Source of the DNA: a virus
Direction: 5' to 3' (one strand)
DNA length: 64,000 nucleotides
IMG/VR virus record: IMGVR_UViG_3300031565_000014
Location: 8,773 to 72,772 of that record
The position numbers were made by a program, and so were the translations under genes. Below, in pieces: positions 8,607 to 18,275 of the stretch. The notes beneath the pieces were generated by a model. The model was not told where the DNA came from, did no database searches, and worked only from the letters and a program-made list of their open reading frames with translations. How positions within the stretch are numbered: position 1 is the stretch's first letter; the number at the start of each line of letters is the position of its first letter.

Positions 8607-9128
8607 ATGAGTAAAACTAATAATGCAGAAATAAGTCAGTTAATTAAATTAGACAAAGAGGAAGCTAAAAGCTTAATTTATCAAATTATTTCAGAAGACC
8701 CTAATGATGTTCAATTGGGTATTTTAAATTTAGTTAATATGGATTATTCCTGTTTAAATACTAAATCTTGGGTTAGTTACATCATATGGGTAGCTAAAGG
8801 TTACCCTATTCACATTAAAGAGGATAACAAAAATGAAATTACAAAATGTAATATAATTACAGCACTTAAGTCTATTTTAAATAAAAAACAACAAAAAGAA
8901 ATTTCTAAGTTATGTTACAATTTTGATATCACTAAAAGTTCTTCAGATGAAGATATTGCTAGTGAAATGACTGGTGAATGGTTATTAGAAAGAATTAATA
9001 ATTGTCCAGATCATCATAACATGATGTTAGAATATGTTAATGTATTTTTTAATGTAATTATCAAAGAGACTAAAAAATCAGGTTATATTCCTGAAAATGC
9101 TGAAATAAATATTACTTTAAAACAATAA
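8607..9128 (+). CDS. Hypothetical protein (173 aa)
   Basis: ORF with A-rich leader. Confidence 0.7.
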   Translation: MSKTNNAEISQLIKLDKEEAKSLIYQIISEDPNDVQLGILNLVNMDYSCLNTKSWVSYIIWVAKGYPIHIKEDNKNEITKCNIITALKSILNKKQQKEISKLCYNFDITKSSSDEDIASEMTGEWLLERINNCPDHHNMMLEYVNVFFNVIIKETKKSGYIPENAEINITLKQ

Positions 9129-9131
9129 AAT

Positions 9132-10433
9132 ATGGAAGATATACAATCAAGTATATCTAGGGCAAGTAAAAGACTGCAATTAACGCAGTCTTTTTACGGC
9201 TTATTCTTAAATATGCTTAACAAACGTTGGAATGATGAAATATCAACAGCATGTGTAAGTAAGAATAGTTATGCTCTAGGTTTTCAATTAAATATTAATC
9301 CTGTTTTTTGGAATAGTCTTAGTGATGATGAACAAATAGGTGTTTTACAACATGAATGTATGCACATTTGTTTAATGCATTTATTTATGTGGGATGACTT
9401 TTCTGATAAAGAAATAGGTAATATAGCTGCTGATATAGAAATTAACCAGAATATAAAAAAAGGTTTACTCCCGGCAGACACTATGAGTGTTAATGAATTT
9501 AAAGAGAAATATGGACCTATTAGAGAATCTATAATAAAAGAATGTACAGAAGTTGGTATGAGTAAGCCTAAAATAATGGAGCAACTTGTTAACCACATAC
9601 CCACAAGAGGTGTTTTCTTAGAAGATTTTCCTGAACTAAACATGGAACCTAATAAAGGTGCAAGATACTATTATAGCAAATTAATAAAAGCTAAGGAAGA
9701 TGGTGATTGTCCAAATTTAAATGATTTACTAAGTCAAGGTGGCCCAACATCTTTTGAACATGATCTATGGTCACAACTTCAAGAATTAGATGAAGGTAGT
9801 AAAAAAATGTTACAAGCTCAATTAGAGCATGAACTTAAAGAAGTTGCAGATAGTATTACTAAATCTAGAGGTACTATACCTGGTGAAATGCAAGGACTTA
9901 TAAAAGCTCTTTTGCATACTGACCCTCCTAAGTTTGATTGGAAAGGTTACTTAAGAAGATTTTTAGGTAACTCTATTGATTATCATAGAAAATCAAGCAG
10001 AAGAAAGCTAAATAAAAGGTTTAACATGAATCCTGGAAGAAAGGTGAAACGTAAAAAACATATTTTAGTTGGTGTAGATACGTCGGGTTCTGTAAGTGAT
10101 AATGAACTAAAAGAATTTTTTCATGAAATAAATCATATCTATAAAGCTGGTACTAAAGTCACTGTTGTTCATTGTGATACTACTATTCAGAAAATAGAAG
10201 AATATAAACCCGGTATGGAGTTTAAAGTATATGGTAGAGGAGGTACGTATTTTGAGCCTGTATTAGATTACTATAACGAACATTCTAGTGAATATACATG
10301 CTTAGTTTATGTTACAGATGGAGAAGCTAATGTACCACCTAGACCGAAAGGTAGAATGTTATGGGTATTATCATCACAATCTAACATGAATGAAGAATTA
10401 AAACAAACAGGTCAAGTAATTAAATTAAATTAA
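9132..10433 (+). CDS. Metallopeptidase-like (DUF2201-type) plus VWA domain protein
   Basis: HECMH zincin motif, NIAADIEIN, MIDAS DTSGS, GRGGT, VTDG. Confidence 0.85.
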   Translation: MEDIQSSISRASKRLQLTQSFYGLFLNMLNKRWNDEISTACVSKNSYALGFQLNINPVFWNSLSDDEQIGVLQHECMHICLMHLFMWDDFSDKEIGNIAADIEINQNIKKGLLPADTMSVNEFKEKYGPIRESIIKECTEVGMSKPKIMEQLVNHIPTRGVFLEDFPELNMEPNKGARYYYSKLIKAKEDGDCPNLNDLLSQGGPTSFEHDLWSQLQELDEGSKKMLQAQLEHELKEVADSITKSRGTIPGEMQGLIKALLHTDPPKFDWKGYLRRFLGNSIDYHRKSSRRKLNKRFNMNPGRKVKRKKHILVGVDTSGSVSDNELKEFFHEINHIYKAGTKVTVVHCDTTIQKIEEYKPGMEFKVYGRGGTYFEPVLDYYNEHSSEYTCLVYVTDGEANVPPRPKGRMLWVLSSQSNMNEELKQTGQVIKLN

Positions 10434-10439
10434 TGAATT

Positions 10440-10880
10440 ATGCAAAACAAAAATTTTTCACATTTTGGTCTTAAAGACGCAGGCAATAAAGATTACGTAA
10501 ACAATGGAGGTTCTAAAAAAATAGAACCAAGAAAACAAGCTATGGTAGATGGTTATGGCTTTGGTGATAGAATGCTAGAAAATGTAATGTTTATTATTAC
10601 AATTCAAGATGATAACACTTTAAAAGCTGAGATTCATCCTGATTCTGCTTCATATTTTGAACAGTTAAATAAAGAGATGTGGTTAAAGGAGGATATTAAA
10701 TACGCCATGCTAACAGATTTTTTTTATTCCATGGATGAAAATGAGGAAGTAGATCTAAATTTAATCATGCAAGATGGTAGATATAATTTTGAGCATGACA
10801 AAAATTTTAAACTATCTCCTGTTGTAATAACAGATCAACAAATTGCAGCTATAAACGCTAATTTAGAAAATAATAATTAA
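10440..10880 (+). CDS. Hypothetical protein (146 aa)
   Basis: ORF between the VWA and MoxR genes. Confidence 0.7.
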   Translation: MQNKNFSHFGLKDAGNKDYVNNGGSKKIEPRKQAMVDGYGFGDRMLENVMFIITIQDDNTLKAEIHPDSASYFEQLNKEMWLKEDIKYAMLTDFFYSMDENEEVDLNLIMQDGRYNFEHDKNFKLSPVVITDQQIAAINANLENNN

Positions 10881-10903
10881 ACAAATAAATAATTAAAATA
10901 AAT

Positions 10904-12181
10904 ATGTCAAAACAATCAAAAAATAGTAATAATAGTTTAGCATTAACTACTAACGAATTAGTTAAATATGTGGATCACATGATTACTAATAATAGATATT
11001 TAGCAGCTAAAGGTGTTAGGCCTATTTGTATGAATATTGAAGGAGAGGCGGGGCTTGGAAAGACTTCTGTAGTAGAACAAGTAGCTCAAACTATGAACTT
11101 ACAAATGGTTAAACTTAACTTATCTCAAATGGAAGACATAGGTGATTTAGTAGGCTTCCCTATTAGAGAATTTATGCTTAAATATCAAGAGAAAGATTCA
11201 GATGGTAAGCCTGTGGGTAACGCAGTGGGTAAATGGGTAGATGAGAATTCTTATGATTATTATATTGGTCAGGGATGGGAGCCAACAGGTAAAAATAGAA
11301 CTAATAACTGTGTTCCTGAGTGGCTTGCTAGCTTAAAACCAGGTAAAGGTGTAATTTTATTATTGGATGATTATAGTCGTGCTGACAATAGATTTACGCA
11401 AGCGTGTATGGAGCTTATTGACAGACAATCATATGGTACATGGAAATTGCCGGCAGACTCTCATATCATTCTTACTTCAAATCCTGATGATGGTGATTAT
11501 TTTGTTACACAATTAGATCCTGCTCAAAAGACTAGATTTACTACAGTTAAACTTAAGTTTGATAAAGAATGTTGGGCAGAATGGGCTGAAAATGCTGGAA
11601 TTGACACTAGATGTATTAATTTTATTCTTAAACATCCTGAATTAATCACAGAATCTGCTAAAGATAAGAATAGTGGTTTTTATGTAAATGCAAGATCATC
11701 AACTACATTTTTTAATGCTATTTCTAGTTTTAAATCGTTTGAGCCTAACTTAGGTATGATTACTAATATTGGAGAAGGGTGTGTAGGTCCAGATTTTACT
11801 AATACATTTACTATATTTATTAATAATAAAATGGACAAATTAATGTCCCCAGAAGAGATGCTTACAAGTAAGCAAGATCATAAATTAGTTATTAATAGAA
11901 TAATAGAGGATTGTAAAGGTGAAGATGGGAATTATAGAGCTGACATTGCTGGTATTTTAGCCTTAAGGTTAATTAATTTTGCAACTAAATATGCTAAAGA
12001 AAATCCTATTACAGCTGATCACATTACTAGACTAAAGTTACTTTGTACAACAGACGATTGCTTCACAAGCGATCTTAAGTATGTAATTGTTAAACGATTA
12101 CTTGGTGATAGCACAGAAACTAAGAAAAAGTTTGAAAAACTTATGTTTGATCCAAATGTAGCAAAAATGCTAGTTAAATAA
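10904..12181 (+). CDS. MoxR-like AAA+ ATPase
   Basis: Walker A GEAGLGKT, DLVGFP, Walker B LLLDDYSR, TSNP, DPAQKTRF, RS sensor. Confidence 0.85.
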   Translation: MSKQSKNSNNSLALTTNELVKYVDHMITNNRYLAAKGVRPICMNIEGEAGLGKTSVVEQVAQTMNLQMVKLNLSQMEDIGDLVGFPIREFMLKYQEKDSDGKPVGNAVGKWVDENSYDYYIGQGWEPTGKNRTNNCVPEWLASLKPGKGVILLLDDYSRADNRFTQACMELIDRQSYGTWKLPADSHIILTSNPDDGDYFVTQLDPAQKTRFTTVKLKFDKECWAEWAENAGIDTRCINFILKHPELITESAKDKNSGFYVNARSSTTFFNAISSFKSFEPNLGMITNIGEGCVGPDFTNTFTIFINNKMDKLMSPEEMLTSKQDHKLVINRIIEDCKGEDGNYRADIAGILALRLINFATKYAKENPITADHITRLKLLCTTDDCFTSDLKYVIVKRLLGDSTETKKKFEKLMFDPNVAKMLVK

Positions 12182-12193
12182 AACAATAATAAT

Positions 12194-13117
12194 ATGTCTA
12201 AAATAATATTTTATGACATTGGTGACACTACGATAGCTCGGTTTAACGAAATAACCGAGCTATCTATATCACCGCTGTCTTTAACAAATAAATTAACAGG
12301 TGTAATCTCAGAATTTTATCCAATTGTAAGTACTAGTAATCTTATAAATGAAAAAACAATAAAAGATAGCACAGAAAATATAAATTCAGGGGATAAAATA
12401 TTTATTGGCCCTGGTTATACTAATAATAAAACATTTATAGAGGAACAAATAAAAAATAAAGGAGCTATAATTGTAAATAAATTAAAATCAGCCAATAAAA
12501 TAATATTAAATGAAAGATGTTTACATGCATCTTGCTATGGTTTTGTTTACCAGAAAAATATAAATTTAGTTACTAATTGTGATATTAACAGTCTAAATAT
12601 AAACAACAATTATTCTTCTTATGAACTAGCAGTTACACCTTTGTATATTGACATTTATGTTGCAATGATTGACAATAATTTAAAAATAATTAATGAGGAA
12701 AACTTAATTTCAGAAAGTTACTTTGATATATCAAAAGATAAATTACCTATGTTAAAGGAAATCTATCATGATAATAAAGAAACATTTATGACACTATTAA
12801 CTAACTCTTTTTATGAGAAAAACGATTATTATAAATTATGGGGTCTTTGTAAATATCTTAATCTATACCATTATGATTTTAAAACAAAGTCTCAAAAATT
12901 ATTTTATGAAAAAAATAAATTTATTATTGAAACTTATAGTAAAAGGAGATTAATAGAAGTATTACATAACAGAGATGTTCTTACTAAGAAATGTTTTAAT
13001 GAAATATGTACAGAAGATTTTAAAAACCACCTAATAAAAAATATCTCTAGTAATTTTTTTACAGTAAAAGATCTAGAGTTTAATCAAGAATTTTTAAATA
13101 ATTTAATAGATGACTAA
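12194..13117 (+). CDS. Hypothetical protein with BRCT-like segment
   Basis: GDKIFIGPG...IKNKGAIIVNKLKSANKIIL; resembles the next gene. Confidence 0.55.
   Translation: MSKIIFYDIGDTTIARFNEITELSISPLSLTNKLTGVISEFYPIVSTSNLINEKTIKDSTENINSGDKIFIGPGYTNNKTFIEEQIKNKGAIIVNKLKSANKIILNERCLHASCYGFVYQKNINLVTNCDINSLNINNNYSSYELAVTPLYIDIYVAMIDNNLKIINEENLISESYFDISKDKLPMLKEIYHDNKETFMTLLTNSFYEKNDYYKLWGLCKYLNLYHYDFKTKSQKLFYEKNKFIIETYSKRRLIEVLHNRDVLTKKCFNEICTEDFKNHLIKNISSNFFTVKDLEFNQEFLNNLIDD
12232..12264. other. Perfect 12-bp inverted repeat with 9-nt loop inside a coding 5' end
   Basis: gatagctcggtt-taacgaaat-aaccgagctatc. Confidence 0.75.
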
Positions 13118-14222
13118 AACAACAAATTTTTTCGATATAGTAAAAGAAAGAAATAATTTAATTTATGATGATACAACGAATGAATATTCTTTAAAGCCTA
13201 CTAAAGGAATATTACGTAGTAGTTATAGAAATTATTTAAGTGAGTATGGTACTATACCTACTAGTGAATATAAAATTAATAATGGTGATAAATTATACTT
13301 TTATAAAGGTTGTAATATTTTAAGAGACAAAATTAGAAGCTACTCTGCGGCTAATGGAGATTGTTTAAGTATTACTATTAAATCTGAAACAGCAGATGCT
13401 TATTTTGTTGGTGATGACACTATTAATTATCTTTTAGAAAAAACAGCAAGTAGTTATGAAATTTACAAAAAAGAGTTAATTAACACATTGCGTTTAATTG
13501 ATAATACAGAAAAAGTAATAAATGATTTAAACAATGCTAATGATGAATCTATAATGATGAGTTATCATATAATTGGTCAATTAAAAGAATCATTAAAATC
13601 ACAGAAAAAAGAAAATCATGATTTTAATTACAGCTATGCTTATTACAGTTCTATAAGGTACACAGATTTATATAATGAACTTAAGAGTCATTATGATAAT
13701 GGTGGGATTTTTTATGATGATAAAAGTTTGCTTAAAATATTAAACAATGAGCTAAGTGTTCTTGATGAAAATAATTTTGAGCAAATAGAATTAATGCTAA
13801 TGTCTACAGATGAAAATAATGTAAAATTAGCTGCTGAGATGATGGCTAATTCTGATCCTATTAAATCAGCTTATGAACTAGCTTATTTTTTATGTAATTA
13901 TGATAATAAATTACGTTATTCTGGAATGTGGAATTCTGTTAATTTTAAATCTTTAAGAAATTGTTTTGATCAAGAATTTCAATACAGTCAAACACTTGAT
14001 GTAATAAATTATTGTACTGAACGTCATCTTATTGGTGATCATAACATTAATTTAATTAAAAAACATATTAAAAAAGAATTTGACAGTAAGTTAGACTTTA
14101 GACTTAAAAACTTAATAGTTATTGACAAAATTTCTTTGGGTAAACCTGTTATAAGTTCTATTAAGTCCAACAGATCTAAAATTAACAAAACAGAAGATTT
14201 GGAGGTGCTTGATGCTGAGTAA
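13110..14222 (+). CDS. Hypothetical protein with BRCT-like segment
   Basis: GDKLYFYKGCNILRDKIR...SITIKSETADAYFV; C-terminal LMSTDENNVKLAAEMMAN helical region. Confidence 0.55.
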   Translation: MTKTTNFFDIVKERNNLIYDDTTNEYSLKPTKGILRSSYRNYLSEYGTIPTSEYKINNGDKLYFYKGCNILRDKIRSYSAANGDCLSITIKSETADAYFVGDDTINYLLEKTASSYEIYKKELINTLRLIDNTEKVINDLNNANDESIMMSYHIIGQLKESLKSQKKENHDFNYSYAYYSSIRYTDLYNELKSHYDNGGIFYDDKSLLKILNNELSVLDENNFEQIELMLMSTDENNVKLAAEMMANSDPIKSAYELAYFLCNYDNKLRYSGMWNSVNFKSLRNCFDQEFQYSQTLDVINYCTERHLIGDHNINLIKKHIKKEFDSKLDFRLKNLIVIDKISLGKPVISSIKSNRSKINKTEDLEVLDAE

Positions 14223-15204
14223 CAAATCTAAAGAAGATGATTTTTATAAAAAGGAGTTTAGTTTTAGCTATAGTAGCATTAGTAAATTACTATATTCACC
14301 TGTTTTATTTTATGATCATTACATTTTACGTGAAAGAGAAGATAGAGACTACAGTCACCTAATCGGAGGAAGGCTGATACATTGTCTATTATTAGAACCT
14401 GATGTGTTTAACACTAAGTATGCTGTTTCTAACAGTAAAATCCCAACAAAAACATTAAAACCTTTACTTGACAGTATAGCTTACAAAAATATTAATGATA
14501 ACAATAATCTTGAAGATCATAAAGATGACATTTTATTATACCTTAGTGGTATAAATCTTTACCAATCACTCAAAGATGATGCAGGAAGACTTGAAAAAGT
14601 TATTACAGCTGCTAATATTGAGTACTTTGAACATAAGAAATCTACAATAGGTAAAGAGATTATTGATCAAGACTTACTTACTAAATGTGAAGAGGCTGTA
14701 AAAATAATTAAATCAAATAAAAGTGTTCGTAAACTTTTACACTTAGATGGTGTAAACTTATTTACAAATAATGTAGAAGTACATAATGAGCGTGAATTAA
14801 GTTGTAAATTAAAAGGTTATGATTTTGGTTTAAGAGGTGTGCTAGATAATTATACAATTGACCACACTAATAAAATTATAACTATTAATGATTTTAAGAC
14901 AACAGGTAAGGGAATATTAGAATTTCCGGAAAGCGTTGAATATTATAAATACTGGCTACAAGCATCCTTATACAAAAAATTATTATATAATAACTTAAAC
15001 GAATCTATGAAAAATTGGAAGTTTATGTTTAATTTTATAGTAATAGACAAGTATAATCAGGTGTATCCTTTTCCTGTTAGCGATAACTCTTTAGGAAAAT
15101 GGGAAGAAGAAACAAATAGTGTTTTAGAAAAAGTGAACTACCATTACTCGAATAAAAATTATTCTTTACCATATGAGTTAGCTACAGAAGGTGTAATCCT
15201 TTAA
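14209..15204 (+). CDS. PD-(D/E)xK exonuclease (RecE/ExoVIII, DUF3799-like)
   Basis: FSYSSI, GRLIHCLLLEP, RGVLD...INDFKTT, YWLQASLY. Confidence 0.85.
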   Translation: MMLSNKSKEDDFYKKEFSFSYSSISKLLYSPVLFYDHYILREREDRDYSHLIGGRLIHCLLLEPDVFNTKYAVSNSKIPTKTLKPLLDSIAYKNINDNNNLEDHKDDILLYLSGINLYQSLKDDAGRLEKVITAANIEYFEHKKSTIGKEIIDQDLLTKCEEAVKIIKSNKSVRKLLHLDGVNLFTNNVEVHNERELSCKLKGYDFGLRGVLDNYTIDHTNKIITINDFKTTGKGILEFPESVEYYKYWLQASLYKKLLYNNLNESMKNWKFMFNFIVIDKYNQVYPFPVSDNSLGKWEEETNSVLEKVNYHYSNKNYSLPYELATEGVIL

Positions 15205-15205
15205 A

Positions 15206-15790
15206 GTGGTAAGAATGGATGATATATGTAAGAATTATTTTCAAAAGTCTAGAATTTTTTTATACCCTGCATTAAAAATTCCTCGTAAGTCAAGTATTAT
15301 ACCAATTGATACTTACCTTACATGGGAAGGAAACTATAGTTTAAATGATAACAAATTATTGTGTGTATATTACACAAGGGACGATGTAGAATTTAAAACT
15401 TTTGAAAAAAAATATCTTTTAGACAATGAACTATTCGTTAGATGTCATACTTTAACACCAGACATAAGTGTATATATATTTGATTTTTCAAAATATAAAC
15501 ATGAATATAAGTGTGTTACAGAAGGTAGATATTCTAAGATGGGTTTAGACTATAAGAAATCATTAATGGAGTATCACAAGCCAACAGATGAAGCAACAAC
15601 AACTGTTTCAACATATTTGTTGTCTTATTTATATCCACACAATTGGTATGCTCTTTATGCTGAATTTTTATTAATGAATGAAAATGTGCTTAAAGAGACT
15701 GTGGAATTATGTGATAAACCGGACTTAATTAAGGAAAATTTTGTAGTTTCCCAAAAAAGTCCTAAAATTGTAAAATTAAGTAGTTACTAA
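15206..15790 (+). CDS. Hypothetical protein (194 aa)
   Basis: ORF in the operon; FLYP and GRYSK motifs; function unknown. Confidence 0.7.
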   Translation: MVRMDDICKNYFQKSRIFLYPALKIPRKSSIIPIDTYLTWEGNYSLNDNKLLCVYYTRDDVEFKTFEKKYLLDNELFVRCHTLTPDISVYIFDFSKYKHEYKCVTEGRYSKMGLDYKKSLMEYHKPTDEATTTVSTYLLSYLYPHNWYALYAEFLLMNENVLKETVELCDKPDLIKENFVVSQKSPKIVKLSSY

Positions 15791-15806
15791 AAAAATTAAA
15801 ACCAAT

Positions 15807-16208
15807 ATGAGTAAATATGGCGATAACATGCTAATCGTACATTCAGCATGGCAAGGTAAAAAAACATTTGGGTTAATGCCTTTAAATATGGAATGTCCTT
15901 ATAATGAGGCTATTCTAGACCCAGAAACAAAACAATTAGTAATTTTCATGAAACAAACTAAAGAAGCTTACCATATGGTAACTAAATTAGATGCTTATGG
16001 AGAACCTATTGTTGACAAAATGAAAAATAAAGTACAACAACAAAGAGTTAAAATAGAAACATTTTCTGAACACGTTCTTTACGAAGATAGTGACATTAGA
16101 AGTTTTATTAAAACTTTTGCTGTAAATGATAACTTTGACATAGATTTTTATCTTAAAGACAAAGCTATTGTTGCAGAGAAGCCTAAGTCTAAACTTATTG
16201 TAGACTAA
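15807..16208 (+). CDS. Hypothetical protein (133 aa)
   Basis: ORF with A-rich leader, followed by a terminator. Confidence 0.7.
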   Translation: MSKYGDNMLIVHSAWQGKKTFGLMPLNMECPYNEAILDPETKQLVIFMKQTKEAYHMVTKLDAYGEPIVDKMKNKVQQQRVKIETFSEHVLYEDSDIRSFIKTFAVNDNFDIDFYLKDKAIVAEKPKSKLIVD

Positions 16209-16227
16209 TATTATTAATTTTAGCTTT

Positions 16228-16254
16228 AAAGAGAGGGTATTCCCCTCTTTTTTT
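16228..16254 (+). terminator. Rho-independent terminator
   Basis: aaagagaggg-tatt-cccctc-ttttttt. Confidence 0.7.
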
Positions 16255-16273
16255 GGCTTCCAGCATTACATAT

Positions 16274-18265
16274 ATGTCACATTGGGTCTATGACTTTGAA
16301 ACATTACCAAATTGTTTTGTAGCTGTATTTGAAGATTATAAAAAAGAAGAACGTAAAATTTTTAGAATAGATGATTATGTTAATGATTATCAAAAATTTT
16401 TAAGTTTTTTAGAATCCTGTAAAGATGATGGTTCTTATCATATAGGATTTAATAATATTTCTTTTGATTCTCAAATTACAGAATACTTAATAAGAAATGA
16501 AGCTCAATATAGTCTTCTTTCTGGCTCAGAATTATCTAAGGAAATTAAAAAACATGCTAATTATGTTATTACTAAAAGTAATAATAATGAATGGCTTGAT
16601 TTTGCTCCTTATGAATTTCATATAAATCAAATAGACTTATATAAACTTAATCATTGGAATAACCCTAATAAACGTGCTAGTCTTAAGTGGATACAGTTTA
16701 GTATGGACTGGGAGCACTTAGAAGATATGCCTATTGAACATGACTATGTTCTTCAAAATGAACAAGAAGTTCAAATGGTTATAAATTACTGTATTAACGA
16801 CGTTGCTAGTACTAAGAAAATACTACATATTAGTAAAGATCAAATTGATCTTAGAGCTAGTTTAACTGAGGAATACAAAATTAATCTTTACAGTGCTGCT
16901 GAACCTACGATTGCTAAATCCCTGTTTGCTTTATTTTTAGCAAATAAGACAGGTCAAAAGGTAAAAGACATTAAGAAAAATAAAACTATTCTTGATAGAA
17001 TAGAGGCTAAACCTCTATTATTGCCTTATTTGAAATTTAATGATCCTGAATTTAAAAATGTATTAAATGTATTTAATAACTTAGTTATTGATCCAAATAA
17101 TACTAAAGGTTCACTAAGTGTTGCTGCTAATTATAAAGGCTCTCTTTTAGAGTTTGGTCTTGGTGGTTTACATGGAGCAACTAATTCAGGAGTATATGAA
17201 TCTGATTCAGAGTACGTGATCATGTCAAGTGATGTTGTTAGTTATTACCCAAATTTAGCTATTCGTAACAAATGGGCACCAGCTCATATGCCTAAAAAAG
17301 AATTTTGTGAGCTATATGAATGGTTTTTTGATGAAAGACGTAAAATACCTAAGACAGATCCTAGAAATTACACATATAAGATTGTTTTAAACAGTACTTA
17401 TGGTTTGAGTAATGATAGACATAGCTTTTTGTATGATCCGTCCTTTACAATGCGTATAACACTAAATGGTCAACTTAGTTTAACTTTACTATTAGAGATG
17501 ATATGTGAAGCTATTCCAGAAGCACAACCTTTACTTCAAAATACAGACGGTCTAGAAACTAAAATTCCTAGAAAATACAAAAAGAAATATTTAGAAGTAT
17601 GCGCTGAGTGGGAAAAATTAACATTATTAGAGTTAGAACATGACACTTACAAAAAATTGATTATATCAGATGTAAACAGTTATATTGCTGTTAAAACGTT
17701 TAAAGAAGTTTCTAAAGAAAAATATAGTGAATTAAAAATTAAAGATCCTATTGCTGTATTTAAAGAGCTTAATGGCACCTATTATTACGCATCTACAAAA
17801 TGTAAGGGGCGTTTTGAGTTTGAAAATTTAGCATTACATAAAAATAAATCCGGGTTAGTAATAAGAAAAGCTATATACAATTATTTTGTACATGGTGTAA
17901 TACCTGAAAATTATTTACCAACAAATAAAAATATTTTTGATTATTGTCTTGGTGTAAGACAACGAAACAAAGATTGGAAGTTTTATATTAAATCAGCTAA
18001 GACTGGTGAAATAGAATATAAACTTTTACAAAAAACATTAAGATATTTCATTTCTATATCAGGAGATGTTATAGTTAAAGTTGCTGAAGATGGTAGAGAA
18101 AATAGGTTAGAAGCCGGGATATGGAAACAAACGATATATAATCAAGTTATTGAGAAAAAGTGGGCTGATTATAAGATAGATGAGAGATATTATATATCTA
18201 GCATTTATAAAGAAATAAATAACATAATTTTAGAAAACAAAAAAGGCCAATTTGGTCTGTTTTAA
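16274..18265 (+). CDS. polB: Family B DNA polymerase with 3'-5' exonuclease
   Basis: ExoI YDFET, ExoII FNNISFD, ExoIII YCIND; motif A SDVVSYYP, motif B KIVLNSTYG, motif C NTDG; ATG 16274 preferred over TTG 16253, which lies in the terminator. Confidence 0.92.
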   Translation: MSHWVYDFETLPNCFVAVFEDYKKEERKIFRIDDYVNDYQKFLSFLESCKDDGSYHIGFNNISFDSQITEYLIRNEAQYSLLSGSELSKEIKKHANYVITKSNNNEWLDFAPYEFHINQIDLYKLNHWNNPNKRASLKWIQFSMDWEHLEDMPIEHDYVLQNEQEVQMVINYCINDVASTKKILHISKDQIDLRASLTEEYKINLYSAAEPTIAKSLFALFLANKTGQKVKDIKKNKTILDRIEAKPLLLPYLKFNDPEFKNVLNVFNNLVIDPNNTKGSLSVAANYKGSLLEFGLGGLHGATNSGVYESDSEYVIMSSDVVSYYPNLAIRNKWAPAHMPKKEFCELYEWFFDERRKIPKTDPRNYTYKIVLNSTYGLSNDRHSFLYDPSFTMRITLNGQLSLTLLLEMICEAIPEAQPLLQNTDGLETKIPRKYKKKYLEVCAEWEKLTLLELEHDTYKKLIISDVNSYIAVKTFKEVSKEKYSELKIKDPIAVFKELNGTYYYASTKCKGRFEFENLALHKNKSGLVIRKAIYNYFVHGVIPENYLPTNKNIFDYCLGVRQRNKDWKFYIKSAKTGEIEYKLLQKTLRYFISISGDVIVKVAEDGRENRLEAGIWKQTIYNQVIEKKWADYKIDERYYISSIYKEINNIILENKKGQFGLF

Positions 18266-18275
18266 AAATATAAAT

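Noticed and set aside
4816-9643. Minus-strand ORFs 4816..5175 and 9284..9643
   Set aside because: Antisense shadows of the helicase and VWA genes; no motifs or plausible leaders.
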